In this document: positions 9,118 to 19,397 of the stretch, piece after piece
Position numbering within the stretch: position 1 is the stretch's first letter
Layout of the letters: each line of letters begins with the position of its first letter
Assembly: GCA_964503465.1 (NCBI GenBank)
Contig: CAZCYZ010000002.1
Span: 70,995 to 134,994 of the forward strand
DNA: 64,000 bases
Origin: an uncultured Gammaproteobacteria bacterium
GTDB taxonomy: Bacteria > Patescibacteriota > Microgenomatia > UBA12405
Direction: 5' to 3'
The notes under the pieces: model-generated
What the model was told of the DNA's origin: nothing
Seen by the model: the letters and a program-made list of their open reading frames with translations, nothing else
Databases searched by the model: none
Made by a program: the position numbers and the translations under genes

Positions 9118-9565
9118 AGTAAGGAGAAGTGCTTGAGCAGGAGGGAGGATACCGATTGGTAGACAATTGTCAGTAAGAAATAAGAACGTCCGGCGATATG
9201 AGTAAAGAGAGTGGTTTGAGTAAGTCTTGTTCCCTAGTTGGGAGGCTCTCCAAATTAATATGTCGTACAATGTATCTTTTACGACGTAATCTGAAATAGA
9301 GTGGTGGGGAAGAGGCCAAAAATTAATTTTTAATTTATAATTTCCAATTTTTAACTTATCAAGATAAGAATAATGGTTGGTTTATTTTGTGAATATTGGG
9401 TGCTTTTCCCTAGTTGAGGATCCAGAGGTCTTTTTTTGATTTTTAGCTTTGGAAGTCTTCTCTCGGATGGAGTTTAGAGGGGAATGACTTGAATATGCGT
9501 AAAGATAGGAATAAAATTCATATGACTTTACTAGAGGCTCTAGGAACAATGATTTTTGAATTAGG

Positions 9566-10510
9566 GTGTTAAGATTAGATATGACATTGGATTTATCGAC
9601 TTGGAAACTAAGGTTCTTGGAACATCTGGAGATCGAAAGGAATTGTTCCCGGCTAACTGTCAGGAATTATGACCACTACTTGACTCAATTGGAAAATTTT
9701 TTGAAGACTGGAGGGAAAGCGAATCCAAGTGTGGATGATATTACTCAGGATAGTGTTCGGGGGTTTAGGTTGGCTCTAGCCCGAAGACCGGGAATACATG
9801 GTGAGATGAAAGCAGTAACTCAGGCATATTATGTAATTGCCCTGCGGTCGTTTCTAAAGTGGTTAATTAAAAACGACGTAGAAGTATTGCAACCGGAGAA
9901 ACTAGATGTACCGAAATCAAAATCACATTCATTGAAATTTTTGGATGGTGATCAGGTGGAAAGATTGTTAAACCAACCTTTGTCGTCTTTGGGCGGTGAC
10001 AGGGATAAAGCGATTTTGGAGCTTTTGTTTTCCACTGGTTTGCGGGTGTCGGAACTGGTGGCCCTCAATCGGGAGCAAATTAACTTGGAGACTCGGGAAT
10101 TTGGAATTGTGGGTAAGGGTGGGCGGTCAAGAATAGTATTTATATCGAAAAGAGCGGCCAAAAGTTTAGATAAATATCTTAAAAGCAGATTAGACAAATA
10201 TCGGCCATTATTTGTTCGTCAATTAAGGAAAACTGAAATAACAGCCGATGATGAAAAAGTAAGACTGACGACCAGGTCGGTTCAAAGGTTGGTAAAGAAA
10301 TATGTCGGGAAAGCGAGACTACCGGTTGGGGCAACTCCACACACATTGCGTCATTCGATGGCGACCGATCTACTTCGGTCGGGAGCTGATTTAAGGTCAG
10401 TTCAGGAAATATTAGGACACAAAAACATTGCCACAACTCAAATTTATACCCATATTACTAATGCCAGATTACGTGAGGTTCATGAAAAATATCATAAAGG
10501 GAATAGATAA
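9566..10510 (+). CDS. Tyrosine site-specific recombinase, XerC/XerD-like.
   Basis: C-terminal box II HTLRHSMATDLLRSGADLRSVQEILGHKNIATTQIYTHI with the catalytic Tyr. N-terminal SAM-like core-binding domain. Confidence 0.85.
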   Translation: MLRLDMTLDLSTWKLRFLEHLEIERNCSRLTVRNYDHYLTQLENFLKTGGKANPSVDDITQDSVRGFRLALARRPGIHGEMKAVTQAYYVIALRSFLKWLIKNDVEVLQPEKLDVPKSKSHSLKFLDGDQVERLLNQPLSSLGGDRDKAILELLFSTGLRVSELVALNREQINLETREFGIVGKGGRSRIVFISKRAAKSLDKYLKSRLDKYRPLFVRQLRKTEITADDEKVRLTTRSVQRLVKKYVGKARLPVGATPHTLRHSMATDLLRSGADLRSVQEILGHKNIATTQIYTHITNARLREVHEKYHKGNR

Positions 10511-11267
10511 GTATCTATCTTATATTTATTAGCCTTTGGGTGGGTTATTTTTTGGTGACTGTCCCCTCCCCTGCCCTTTTGTTAACTTGGTAAGATCTTA
10601 TACCTGGGGTAAGTATCCGATATTAGTGTATTTAATGGCTACATTTTTTAACAGACTAAGTTTGGTGTTAATTTTATACAGGATTAGGTGATTCGAGTAT
10701 TATTTGGGTGGGATAGAAAGATGTAAGGATCGTGTTTTCTCGTTCTATATATATTGATATATATCATTTACAGTATCATTTTAATAACGGTAAACGATAG
10801 TAAGAGGAGATGTTTTGTGGTGTTGTGTATTCATATGGGATATGTAATGGGTTGGGTAAGCAACTCGGCAGGACATAACTTTGGCGGTGTGGTGGTGTTT
10901 GTTAATAATAATAATATGGGTTTTATTATATAGGATACATGTTGAAAGTAACAAGAAATTGCTGGTAATGAGTGAGGTAGGATGTTTAGATGTTATCTTG
11001 TAGTGTGTTAATAAATGTCTTTATTATTTTGAGGCGATTGATGACAGTCTGGGGGATGGTCAACTAAAGAAAATAATGATTTATCCTGTAGTATTAAGGG
11101 TTTTTGGGAGGCTATTGGGAGTTTTAATTAGTAGGATATGGAATATATTTTTGCTTAAATAAGCCTTAAAATGTGGGAAAATCAAAAACATAGCTGAAGT
11201 TAGCAGTACATATTGGAGACTGATAAGTGGGTCAATTATTATAGGTGAGTCCTATAGTATCGTTAGT

Positions 11268-13865
11268 TTATGTTTCAGTTTGTTTTTCCAAAACGGTCAT
11301 GGTGGCTAGACGATCATCATCAGATTTGAAGCGCATAAGAATAACACCTTTGGTGTTACGGCTAAGAATAGGAATATTCTTTAGTGGGAGCTTAATAGTG
11401 ACGGCTCTTTTGGAGGTGAGGATTACTTGATCGTGGATGTCGGAAACTACCCTGGCGGCGGCAACTGGGCCGGTTTTGTTGTTGATGTTGGCTACTTTAA
11501 CACCAATACCACCACGTTTTTGGATGGGGTAAAGGTAGACATTCGATCTTTTACCAACACCGCCTTGGGTAACTACTAGAAGATGACGAAAATCCCCTTT
11601 TTGGGCAGCAGCGGGTAGGACTTCAAGGCTAACCAGCTTGTCACCCTCCTTAAGGAGGATCCCCCGAACCCCACGGGTATGTCGACCCATGGGACGACAG
11701 TCATGTTCGTCGAAACGGATACACTTACCGTTGTGGCTGACCAAAAAGACGTGGTCTTCGCCAGTAGTTAACTTTGCCCAGGCCAGTTGGTCACCTTGAT
11801 CAAGCTTAATGGCTGTTAGACCGTTTTGGCGGATGTTTTTGAATTTTTCGATACTAGTTTTTTTAATAGTGCCATTAACAGTGGCTAGTAATATAAACTT
11901 GGAGATTTGGTTTTTGGCAATAGGCAGGACTGCTTGGACGGTTTCACCTTGAATAATGTTGATAAGATTGATCAGAGCCTGACCTTTAGATTGGCGTGAA
12001 CTTTCGGGTAGATCCCAGACTTTGGTTTTGAAAACACGACCGCGATTGGTAAAATAAAGGAGATCGTCGTGAGTGTCGACTGAGAGCATGTTCTCGATTT
12101 CATCTTCCTGTTTGGTGGCCATGCCGACAACTCCAACACCCCCACGTTTCTGGCTACGATAGGTATCGCGGGCAACACGCTTAATGTAGCCGTTTTGAGT
12201 AATAGTTACCAGAGTCGGTTCATTGGGAATAAGATCTTCATCGCTGAGAGTTTCTAGGCCTTTAATGTAAATTTTAGTACGTCGATTGTCACCGAACTTG
12301 TCCTTGGTGTCTTGATTCTCTTTTTTGAGAACAGCGACCATTTTTTCGGGGACGGTAATGATGGCAGTTAGATCGTTAATGGTTTGTTGAACAGATTGGT
12401 ATTCATCTTCAATTTTTTGACGTTCAAGGGCGGCCAGGCGTCGGAGTTGCATTTCAAGAATGGCATTGGCTTGAAGATCAGTTAAATTGAATTTTTTAAT
12501 AAGATTGTCCCGTGCGGCATCGGCGGTTTCGGATTGACGAATGGTTTTAATGACTTCATCAAGGTTGTCAAGGGCAATTTTGAGACCTTCCAGGATATGG
12601 GAGCGAAGATAGGCGGCTTTGAGATCAAAGATAGTTCGACGACGGACAATGTTTTCCCGGTGACGGAGGAAGAGTAGTAATAATTGACGTAAGTTAAGTG
12701 TCTGGGGAATACCATTAACCAGAGCCAGAATATTGGCCGAATAGGATGATTGGAGAGCAGTGTATTTGTAGAGCTTGTTAAGGATTGATTTTGGTTTACC
12801 GTTTTTCTTAATTTCGACCACGACCCGGATACCGTGACGATCGGATTCGTCGCGAAGGTCGGCAATACCAATAATTTTTTTGTCACGAACCAGATCGGCA
12901 ATTTTCTTGACTAACTCGGCCTTGTTGACCTGATAGGGTAGTTCGGAAATGATAATTCTGATTTTGCCTGATTTGGTTTCTTCAATGTTGGTCTTACCTC
13001 GGACCGAGAATTTGCCCCGGCCGGTGTTGTACATTTCTATGATGCCTGATTTACCATAAATTTCGCCAGCGGTGGGAAAGTCAGGACCGGTAACAAATTT
13101 AGTCAGGTCCTCAATGGTAGCGTTGCTTTCAAGGTTAAACTTTTGAAGGGCAAGATCGTAGACAGGTTTTATGATTCGATCAATGGTGTTTTTGGGGACA
13201 ATTGGTTTGATATTAAGTGACGGTGGAAGGAGTTCGAGGTGGCTTTTGTCCAACAGACAATCAATAGCTTGGCAAACCTCATTGAGGTTGTGAGGTGGAA
13301 TACGAGTGGCCATACCAACAGCAATGCCGTCGGCGCCATTGAGGATTAGGTTGGGTATGCGAGTAGGAAGGACAGTTGGTTCAAGTGAGGTGGCGTCGTA
13401 GTTGTCAACCATGTCAACAGTTTCTTTGTCAATATCGGCTACTAATTCGGGCGTCAGTTTACTCATCCGAACTTCGGTGTACCTCATGGCGGCTGGAGGG
13501 TCGCCGTCAATACTACCAAAGTTTCCTTGGCCGGAAACTAAGGGGTAACGAAGGGAAAAGTCTTGGGCTAAACGAACCAGGGTGGAATAAAGGGCCATGT
13601 CGCCATGAGGGTGAAGAGTTTTCATGACGTCACCAACAACAGCGGCTGATTTGACGTTTTTGCCTCCGGGGGTAAGTCCCATTTTTTCCATGGTGTAGAT
13701 GATACGGCGATGAACTGGCTTGAGACCGTCACGGACGTCGGGTAGGGCCCGAGCGACGATAACCGACATGGCATAGTCAAGGTAGGATCTCTCCATTTCC
13801 GGGACAATGTCGACTGGAAGAATTTTACCGATGGGATTGTTAGATTTGGTTATTTCGTCTGGCAT
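11268..13865 (-). CDS. gyrA: DNA gyrase subunit A.
   Basis: [12 protein letters not shown] active-site region. 865 aa with the beta-pinwheel C-terminal domain. Confidence 0.95.
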   Translation of the reverse strand: MPDEITKSNNPIGKILPVDIVPEMERSYLDYAMSVIVARALPDVRDGLKPVHRRIIYTMEKMGLTPGGKNVKSAAVVGDVMKTLHPHGDMALYSTLVRLAQDFSLRYPLVSGQGNFGSIDGDPPAAMRYTEVRMSKLTPELVADIDKETVDMVDNYDATSLEPTVLPTRIPNLILNGADGIAVGMATRIPPHNLNEVCQAIDCLLDKSHLELLPPSLNIKPIVPKNTIDRIIKPVYDLALQKFNLESNATIEDLTKFVTGPDFPTAGEIYGKSGIIEMYNTGRGKFSVRGKTNIEETKSGKIRIIISELPYQVNKAELVKKIADLVRDKKIIGIADLRDESDRHGIRVVVEIKKNGKPKSILNKLYKYTALQSSYSANILALVNGIPQTLNLRQLLLLFLRHRENIVRRRTIFDLKAAYLRSHILEGLKIALDNLDEVIKTIRQSETADAARDNLIKKFNLTDLQANAILEMQLRRLAALERQKIEDEYQSVQQTINDLTAIITVPEKMVAVLKKENQDTKDKFGDNRRTKIYIKGLETLSDEDLIPNEPTLVTITQNGYIKRVARDTYRSQKRGGVGVVGMATKQEDEIENMLSVDTHDDLLYFTNRGRVFKTKVWDLPESSRQSKGQALINLINIIQGETVQAVLPIAKNQISKFILLATVNGTIKKTSIEKFKNIRQNGLTAIKLDQGDQLAWAKLTTGEDHVFLVSHNGKCIRFDEHDCRPMGRHTRGVRGILLKEGDKLVSLEVLPAAAQKGDFRHLLVVTQGGVGKRSNVYLYPIQKRGGIGVKVANINNKTGPVAAARVVSDIHDQVILTSKRAVTIKLPLKNIPILSRNTKGVILMRFKSDDDRLATMTVLEKQTET

Positions 13866-13866
13866 A

Positions 13867-15813
13867 TTAAATATCCAAATTGGCTAAATGGGCGTGGGTG
13901 ACGATGAACTTTTTTCGAGGTGGGACGTCTTCGCTCATTAAAATTCTAAAAGTTTCGTCGGCTTTTTGAGCATCAGCAATAGTGACTTTTTTGAGAACCC
14001 GAGTATCGGGGTTCATGGTGGTTTCCCAAAGCTGTTCCGGATTCATTTCCCCCAAACCTTTGTAACGTTGAACAGAGATTTTGGTGTCGGGAGGGATTTG
14101 GAGTAAAATTTTTTCCTTTTCTTCGTCGGTATAAGCGTAACTAATATTCTTGCCATTTTTGATGGCGTACAGAGGCGGCATGGCAATAAAGACATGACCA
14201 TTTTCGACAGTGTAGGATAGGTGGCGATATAGAAGTGTTAACCAAAGGGTGTTGATATGAGAACCGTCGACATCAGCGTCGGCCATGAGAATGATGCGAT
14301 GATAGCGAAGTTTGGCAGGGTCAAGAGTCTCCCCTATTCCCATCCCTAAGGCAATAATTAGGTCCTTAAACTTTTCAGATTGAACAATCTTGTCAAGACG
14401 CATACCTTCGGTGTTTAGACCTTTGCCCCAGAGGGGTAAAATGGCCTGATATTTACGGTCACGAGCTTGTTTGGCACTACCTCCAGCTGAATCACCTTCA
14501 ACAACAAAGATTTCGCAGTCAGCGGGGTTGCGGGATTGACAATCAGCTAATTTACCCGGAAGTCCCAGTGATTCAAAGATACCCTTGCGCATAATGGCGT
14601 CTTTGGCGGCTTTGGCGGCTTTGCGAATTTGAATGGCGAGAACAGCTTTGCCAACAATAGCTTTGGCAACATCGGGATGTTCTTCAAAATAAATATCAAG
14701 TTCATTTTTGACTAGCTGGGAAACAATGGGTTGGACTTCGGAATTGCCAAGCTTACCTTTAGTTTGACCTTCAAATTGGAGGTTCTTGGAAGGCATTTTG
14801 AGGGAAATGACGGCGGTTAAGCCTTCACGAACATCGTCACCGGTGATTGAATCGTCTTTGCCTTTGAGGAGTTCCTTGCGATCGGCATAGTCTTTGATAA
14901 CTTTAGTTAGTGCCGTTTTGAAACCGGATAAGTGGGTACCACCCTCATGAGTGTTGATGATATTGACAAAAGATGGGGTATTTTCCTGGAAGGAGTCGTT
15001 GTATTGGATGGCAACTTCGACATCGATGTTGTTGGCATCGTCTTTACCGTGGATGTATATTGGAGGATGGACAACAGTTTTGTTCTTGTTTAGCTCTGAG
15101 AGAAGGGACAAGATTCCACCCTCAAAATAATAGTGGCGTTCTAGTTCTTGGCGTTGGTCGTAAAAGTGGAAATATAGTTTACTGGTGAGATAAGCCCGAT
15201 CTTTGAGTGACTTAATAATTTCTTTGGAGTCAAACTCAAGGGTTTCCTTAAAGATCTCTGGATCGGGCCAAAAGGTAACGGTGGTACCAGTTAGGCCCGG
15301 GGGAATGATATTTTTTAAAGCTTCAATTTTGGTTTCGGGGATGGTGGTAAGTTTAGTTTTGGTTTTACCTTGAACAAAGTCGATAAAATGGATTTTGTTG
15401 TCTCGACGAATTTCAATTTGGTAGAGGATTGAGAGGGCGTTGACGCAAGTGGTGCCAACACCGTGTAAACCGCCGGAAACTTTGTAGGCGGCACCTTCGA
15501 ATTTGCCACCGGAATGAAGGGTGGTCATGATAACTTCAACGGCTGGTTTACCGTATTTTTCCATGGTGTCAATGGGAATACCGCGGCCATCATCGGCAAC
15601 AGTAATAGAGTTGTCGGGATGGACGATGACCCAAATGTTTTTGGCAAAACCGGCCAGGGCTTCGTCGATAGAGTTGTCAACAACTTCAGCCAAACAGTGA
15701 TGTAATCCCCTGGCATCGGTGGAACCGATGTACATGGCAGGTCGCTTGCGGACAGGCTCAAGCCCTTCGAGGACGACGATCTGTTCGGATGTATATTTTT
15801 GGGAAGGATTCAC
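13867..15813 (-). CDS. gyrB: DNA gyrase subunit B.
   Basis: GHKL ATPase, TOPRIM (EGDSAGG) and PLKGKILN motifs. 648 aa. Confidence 0.95.
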   Translation of the reverse strand: MNPSQKYTSEQIVVLEGLEPVRKRPAMYIGSTDARGLHHCLAEVVDNSIDEALAGFAKNIWVIVHPDNSITVADDGRGIPIDTMEKYGKPAVEVIMTTLHSGGKFEGAAYKVSGGLHGVGTTCVNALSILYQIEIRRDNKIHFIDFVQGKTKTKLTTIPETKIEALKNIIPPGLTGTTVTFWPDPEIFKETLEFDSKEIIKSLKDRAYLTSKLYFHFYDQRQELERHYYFEGGILSLLSELNKNKTVVHPPIYIHGKDDANNIDVEVAIQYNDSFQENTPSFVNIINTHEGGTHLSGFKTALTKVIKDYADRKELLKGKDDSITGDDVREGLTAVISLKMPSKNLQFEGQTKGKLGNSEVQPIVSQLVKNELDIYFEEHPDVAKAIVGKAVLAIQIRKAAKAAKDAIMRKGIFESLGLPGKLADCQSRNPADCEIFVVEGDSAGGSAKQARDRKYQAILPLWGKGLNTEGMRLDKIVQSEKFKDLIIALGMGIGETLDPAKLRYHRIILMADADVDGSHINTLWLTLLYRHLSYTVENGHVFIAMPPLYAIKNGKNISYAYTDEEKEKILLQIPPDTKISVQRYKGLGEMNPEQLWETTMNPDTRVLKKVTIADAQKADETFRILMSEDVPPRKKFIVTHAHLANLDI

Positions 15814-15883
15814 GTAACTTAATTGTATCAGGCCAATTTAGCTTTACAAGGGGCAAAATACTCGGAAAGATAGGTATTTTTTG

Positions 15884-15911
15884 TGGTAACAAACTGGATC
15901 AAAAGGGATCA
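15884..15911. repeat. 28-bp direct repeat, copy 1: TGGTAACAAACTGGATCAAAAGGGATCA.
   Basis: Identical 28-mer at 16438-16465. The two copies flank a 554-bp segment that carries ORF 15945..16391. Confidence 0.7.
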
Positions 15912-15944
15912 ACATTCCTGTTCTTTTTGGTCTAACTACAGGTG

Positions 15945-16391
15945 TTATCGTAACTTATGTCTTAGAGTTTCAATACCAGCATGAATAACAGGCGAGGTTC
16001 TTTCACCTTTTGTGGCTATCCAGACTCTTGCTCTACGAGGTAGTGAATCTAGGTCTCTGCAAATATACACAGTGTCATCACATACTGTAATACTTCCCTC
16101 CTCGTCTCTGGCAAAACGTGCCAAGGGGCTGTTTGGGTGAATTTCTCGGTCAGTTGGAATCATGTCGGCCTCTTGGGTAGAACGACAGTGATTTTGTCGT
16201 CGTTGAGGGTCACTTATCGGTTTACCATCCCAATCGCGGCTTCCTCTTTCGGCGGTGATCTCCGTAACTATAACGTTAGCAGCATCTCGTAGTTCTTCAG
16301 CTGTGGCTTGTCTTCGGGCGATGGTTTTGATGGCCTTGGCTAACTGTGGTGGCTGAGTGATAGTCTTAATATCTTTTGGTCGAAAGAACAT
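15945..16391 (-). CDS. Arg-rich hypothetical protein, 148 aa, inside the direct-repeat-flanked cassette.
   Basis: ORF with locally elevated GC (about 48-50% against about 41%). No motif I can assign. The CDDTVYIC and NHC cysteines do not form a recognisable HNH or zinc ribbon. Confidence 0.35.
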   Translation of the reverse strand: MFFRPKDIKTITQPPQLAKAIKTIARRQATAEELRDAANVIVTEITAERGSRDWDGKPISDPQRRQNHCRSTQEADMIPTDREIHPNSPLARFARDEEGSITVCDDTVYICRDLDSLPRRARVWIATKGERTSPVIHAGIETLRHKLR

Positions 16392-16437
16392 TGAGCGTTA
16401 GAATTACTATAGGTTGGATTATAACATTTTCGATACT

Positions 16438-16465
16438 TGGTAACAAACTGGATCAAAAGGGATCA
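16438..16465. repeat. 28-bp direct repeat, copy 2. It overlaps the trmH stop codon.
   Basis: Perfect match to 15884-15911. Confidence 0.7.
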
Positions 16466-16993
16466 GGAGAGTTGAGAAATTAGGTGGTAGGATAGGATAG
16501 ATGTGGCGACGAGGACGTTAAGAGATTTGTTGATGCCATACATAGGGATGTCGACGTAACTGTCACAAAGTTTGAGGGCTGACTCCCCTACCCCGTTGGT
16601 TTCGCTGCCAACAACAACGGCTAGGGGAAATTTGTATTTGGTTTTTAAATAATTAGTACTTTGAGGAGTTTGTTCGCAGGCGATTAGGTGATAACCCTGT
16701 CTTTTGAGTTCTCTAAGGCAATCAGTGGTGTGGTGATAATGTTGCCAGTCAACAAATTTCCAAGTACCGATTGAGGCTCGATGAATTTTAATATTGGGCG
16801 GGGTAACCACTTCACCACAGAGGCAAATTTTTTCAGCAGCGATAGCGTCGGCAAGGCGGAAAAATGAGCCAACGTTATAGGTATCAAGAACGTTGTCGAG
16901 GACCAGAACAATAGGATGGCGTTTGATAGTGGCAGACATTTTTTGTGAGTCCCCTACCCTACTTTTTCTGAGCTGGTGTGAATTGAGTTTCAT
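16463..16993 (-). CDS. SpoU/TrmH-family RNA 2'-O-methyltransferase.
   Basis: SPOUT motifs VVGSETNGV and the IPMYGINKSLNV region. Confidence 0.8.
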   Translation of the reverse strand: MKLNSHQLRKSRVGDSQKMSATIKRHPIVLVLDNVLDTYNVGSFFRLADAIAAEKICLCGEVVTPPNIKIHRASIGTWKFVDWQHYHHTTDCLRELKRQGYHLIACEQTPQSTNYLKTKYKFPLAVVVGSETNGVGESALKLCDSYVDIPMYGINKSLNVLVATSILSYHLISQLS

Positions 16994-17634
16994 ATTTTTT
17001 TACCTATGAACTCAATTAGATTGGTAATACCCTTAGCTTGATCTTTGTAGCTAGTGCCGTAATCGTCCAGTAATAGAATCTGGTATTGTTCGACGAGGGG
17101 TTTGAGGGATTCGAGGGAAAAGTATCTTTTGGCTATGCCATTTGGGTCTTGGTAAAAATCTTTTTCTATTAGTTGATAGTCTTTGATTTCTGGATCTTTG
17201 AGATTGTTAAGGAGAATAGCCAATACGCCGTCCTTTTTTAGGACACGGTAAATTTCACTAAATATGCTGTGGGTGATTTGCGAGTTAAAGAAATGGAGAC
17301 TTTGACTGGCAAAGACGACATCAAAACTAGAATCAGCGAAGAGAAAGGTGTCGGTTAAGTTGTGAATCATGAAATTAACTTTGTTAGATTTTGGATTTTG
17401 GTGGGCAAAGGTTAGGCCGGCTTGGGATATTTCGGTGGCGACCACATTATGTCCCAAACTCGAAAAGTAAACACTATCGTTTCCGTTGCCACAACCTAGT
17501 TCAAGTATCGATGATTTTTTCGGGAAAAATTTACTGGCTTTTTGGGCGAAAAAATTTGGTTTGGTTGACCATGATTCCTGTTGGTAGCCGGTTAATTTTT
17601 TATTCCAATAATTGACGGGGTCAATAGTACTCAT
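16990..17634 (-). CDS. Class I SAM-dependent methyltransferase.
   Basis: Motif I ILELGCGNGNDSVYF. Confidence 0.75.
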   Translation of the reverse strand: MSTIDPVNYWNKKLTGYQQESWSTKPNFFAQKASKFFPKKSSILELGCGNGNDSVYFSSLGHNVVATEISQAGLTFAHQNPKSNKVNFMIHNLTDTFLFADSSFDVVFASQSLHFFNSQITHSIFSEIYRVLKKDGVLAILLNNLKDPEIKDYQLIEKDFYQDPNGIAKRYFSLESLKPLVEQYQILLLDDYGTSYKDQAKGITNLIEFIGKKI

Positions 17635-17652
17635 AGCTTAGTATTTTATCAA

Positions 17653-17678
17653 AAATACCCCGCAGATGCGGGGTATTT
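17653..17678 (-). terminator. Intrinsic terminator: ataccccgc-agat-gcggggtat plus a T-run on the minus strand.
   Basis: Perfect 9-bp stem. Located 3' of the 17696..18661 gene. Confidence 0.6.
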
Positions 17679-17695
17679 ATTTTTACATAAAAATT

Positions 17696-18661
17696 TTAGC
17701 AACCACCGGCGGCGGGAGCAGCCTGTTGAAGTTCGGGGAGAACGGTGTTGCACTCTTTGGGAGCTTTGTCAAAGGAGCCGCAGATGGCTTCTTTGAGGGC
17801 GTCGGGGGTGCGGAATTTATCTTGGGAGATAATTTTCTTACCGATTTTTAAACTCCCTTTACCATCTTGAGCGTAGGCTTTTTCGGGGGGAAAATCAACA
17901 CCATTGACAAGCAAGGTGGGTGAACCCGAGACGTTGTACTTGGAAGTTTGGGCGATTTCTTTCTCAATTAAACCAATAGCTTCTTTGTTGAAACATTCGG
18001 TAATTTTGATGGTGTCGAGACCAGCTCTTTTGGCCTGGGCCTCCCAACAGTTGTCAACGTTTTGAGCAGTGCAACTTTTGTTGACATTGTCAATAAAAGT
18101 CCACCAAATCTTTTTGTCATCAGTTTGGTTCCAGGCGCAGATTTCGCGGACATCTTGGTTGGCCTCTGATCGTCCATGAAGTGAGGAGTAATAGACGTTG
18201 TTGGCCTTAATGTAGGATTTTTCGTCAAGACAAGTGGCCAGGTTTTTGGCGATGGTTTGTTTACATTCGGCCTCGGTGGTGAAGTACTTGTTTTGGACAT
18301 AGGTGGCACATTGAGCTGGATCACCAGATCTGGCTTTGCAGGACGAATTGAGATCGGTAATTTTTTCAAAAATGTATTGGGGACGGATGTCGGCCTTGCT
18401 ACCAAGAAGATCGACAACTGGCTTGAGAACATCCTCAATTTGATTACCGTAGGGGCAGAAACTCATGACAAAGAATTGGAGGGTAGGTTTGGCACTTTTG
18501 CTGGCAGCGAAGACGATGGCACTAGAGTCGTTAGTGGTGGTGGTTGGATTGTTGGTTCGGGTTTTGTTCCAGGCGGAGAAGGAAAAGAATAGTGACAGTA
18601 GTAAAAGTCCAGAATAAAGGATAGCGACGGGAGTAGTGACTTTAAATGTTTTTGAGGTCAT
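17696..18661 (-). CDS. Membrane-anchored DsbA-like thiol-disulfide oxidoreductase. Cys-rich, extracytoplasmic.
   Basis: N-terminal signal anchor. CPYG (CxxC) active site. cis-Pro loop GSPTLLVNG typical of DsbA. 14 Cys in total. Confidence 0.55.
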   Translation of the reverse strand: MTSKTFKVTTPVAILYSGLLLLSLFFSFSAWNKTRTNNPTTTTNDSSAIVFAASKSAKPTLQFFVMSFCPYGNQIEDVLKPVVDLLGSKADIRPQYIFEKITDLNSSCKARSGDPAQCATYVQNKYFTTEAECKQTIAKNLATCLDEKSYIKANNVYYSSLHGRSEANQDVREICAWNQTDDKKIWWTFIDNVNKSCTAQNVDNCWEAQAKRAGLDTIKITECFNKEAIGLIEKEIAQTSKYNVSGSPTLLVNGVDFPPEKAYAQDGKGSLKIGKKIISQDKFRTPDALKEAICGSFDKAPKECNTVLPELQQAAPAAGGC

Positions 18662-18677
18662 GAGTGAAATTTAATAA

Positions 18678-18884
18678 TTAAGATTCTTCTTCAGTGATAG
18701 AAATAGCGCCAACGGGGCAAGAAGAGATGGCGTTATTAACTTCAGAAGTGATAGTTTCGGGTTGATTGGTGACAAAGGCTTTGAAAGTTTTTTGATCGAG
18801 AGCAAAGGTATTGGGAGCAATTAGGGGGCAAGTATTACAGCCGATACATTTGTTTGGATCGACAACAACCTTTTTCTTTGACAT
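18678..18884 (-). CDS. Small 4Fe-4S ferredoxin.
   Basis: CIGCNTCPL...CPVGAI cluster-binding motifs. 68 aa. Confidence 0.8.
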   Translation of the reverse strand: MSKKKVVVDPNKCIGCNTCPLIAPNTFALDQKTFKAFVTNQPETITSEVNNAISSCPVGAISITEEES

Positions 18885-18893
18885 AGAGCCATT

Positions 18894-19397
18894 CTATAGT
18901 AGATTCTTTCTTGAAGCAAGATGATCTTGGTAAAAACTGCCAGCTTTGATGATGGCCTTTAGAATTAAGGTAATACGATCTTCGGCTTCGAGGCGACTAA
19001 GTTTTTTGAGATTATTTGGGAAGTAATGAAATATTTCGTTGCGACCAAATTTCCAAGCGTCCCAAAGGGTTTCGGCTAATTCCTCCCCCATTTGATGAAG
19101 ATCGGCTAGTTTTTGAAAAATAGAAAAGCGTTTATAGCGAAGGGATGGATTAAGGGTTTTGCCAACACGGAAACGGTCGGAGTGATAGGTATCGTGGTCA
19201 ATAATACCGGTGTCAAGAAAAAAGTCTTTGAGATAACCTTCGTAGGCTTTGGCAATGGGGGCTACAAAAAGAGAGTAATCACTAATATGATCTGGCTGGC
19301 GAAGGCAATTGAGTATGGTTTGGACGTCGTTGAGAAGTCCTTTTTGGTCGGGGGAAAGATATTGTAGAGCGGTGACAAATAAGTTGGTGGGAATCAT
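18894..19397 (-). CDS. Hypothetical alpha-helical protein, 167 aa, with an R-x4-H-Y motif.
   Basis: GRNEIFHYF resembles the Rx4-6H HEPN signature. Assignment uncertain. Confidence 0.35.
   Translation of the reverse strand: MIPTNLFVTALQYLSPDQKGLLNDVQTILNCLRQPDHISDYSLFVAPIAKAYEGYLKDFFLDTGIIDHDTYHSDRFRVGKTLNPSLRYKRFSIFQKLADLHQMGEELAETLWDAWKFGRNEIFHYFPNNLKKLSRLEAEDRITLILKAIIKAGSFYQDHLASRKNLL

Noticed and set aside
8952-11267. Looked for tmRNA, RNase P RNA and SRP RNA in the two long non-coding regions.
   Set aside because: I found no tRNA-like GGTTCGAATCC...CCACCA end, no GGAAAGUCCGG CR-I box and no SRP helix-8 motif by eye. It needs an Infernal scan before anything can be claimed.
11245-11430. 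Plus-strand 61-aa ORF overlapping the gyrA 3' end.
   Set aside because: Antisense to the conserved gyrA C-terminal coding region. Spurious.
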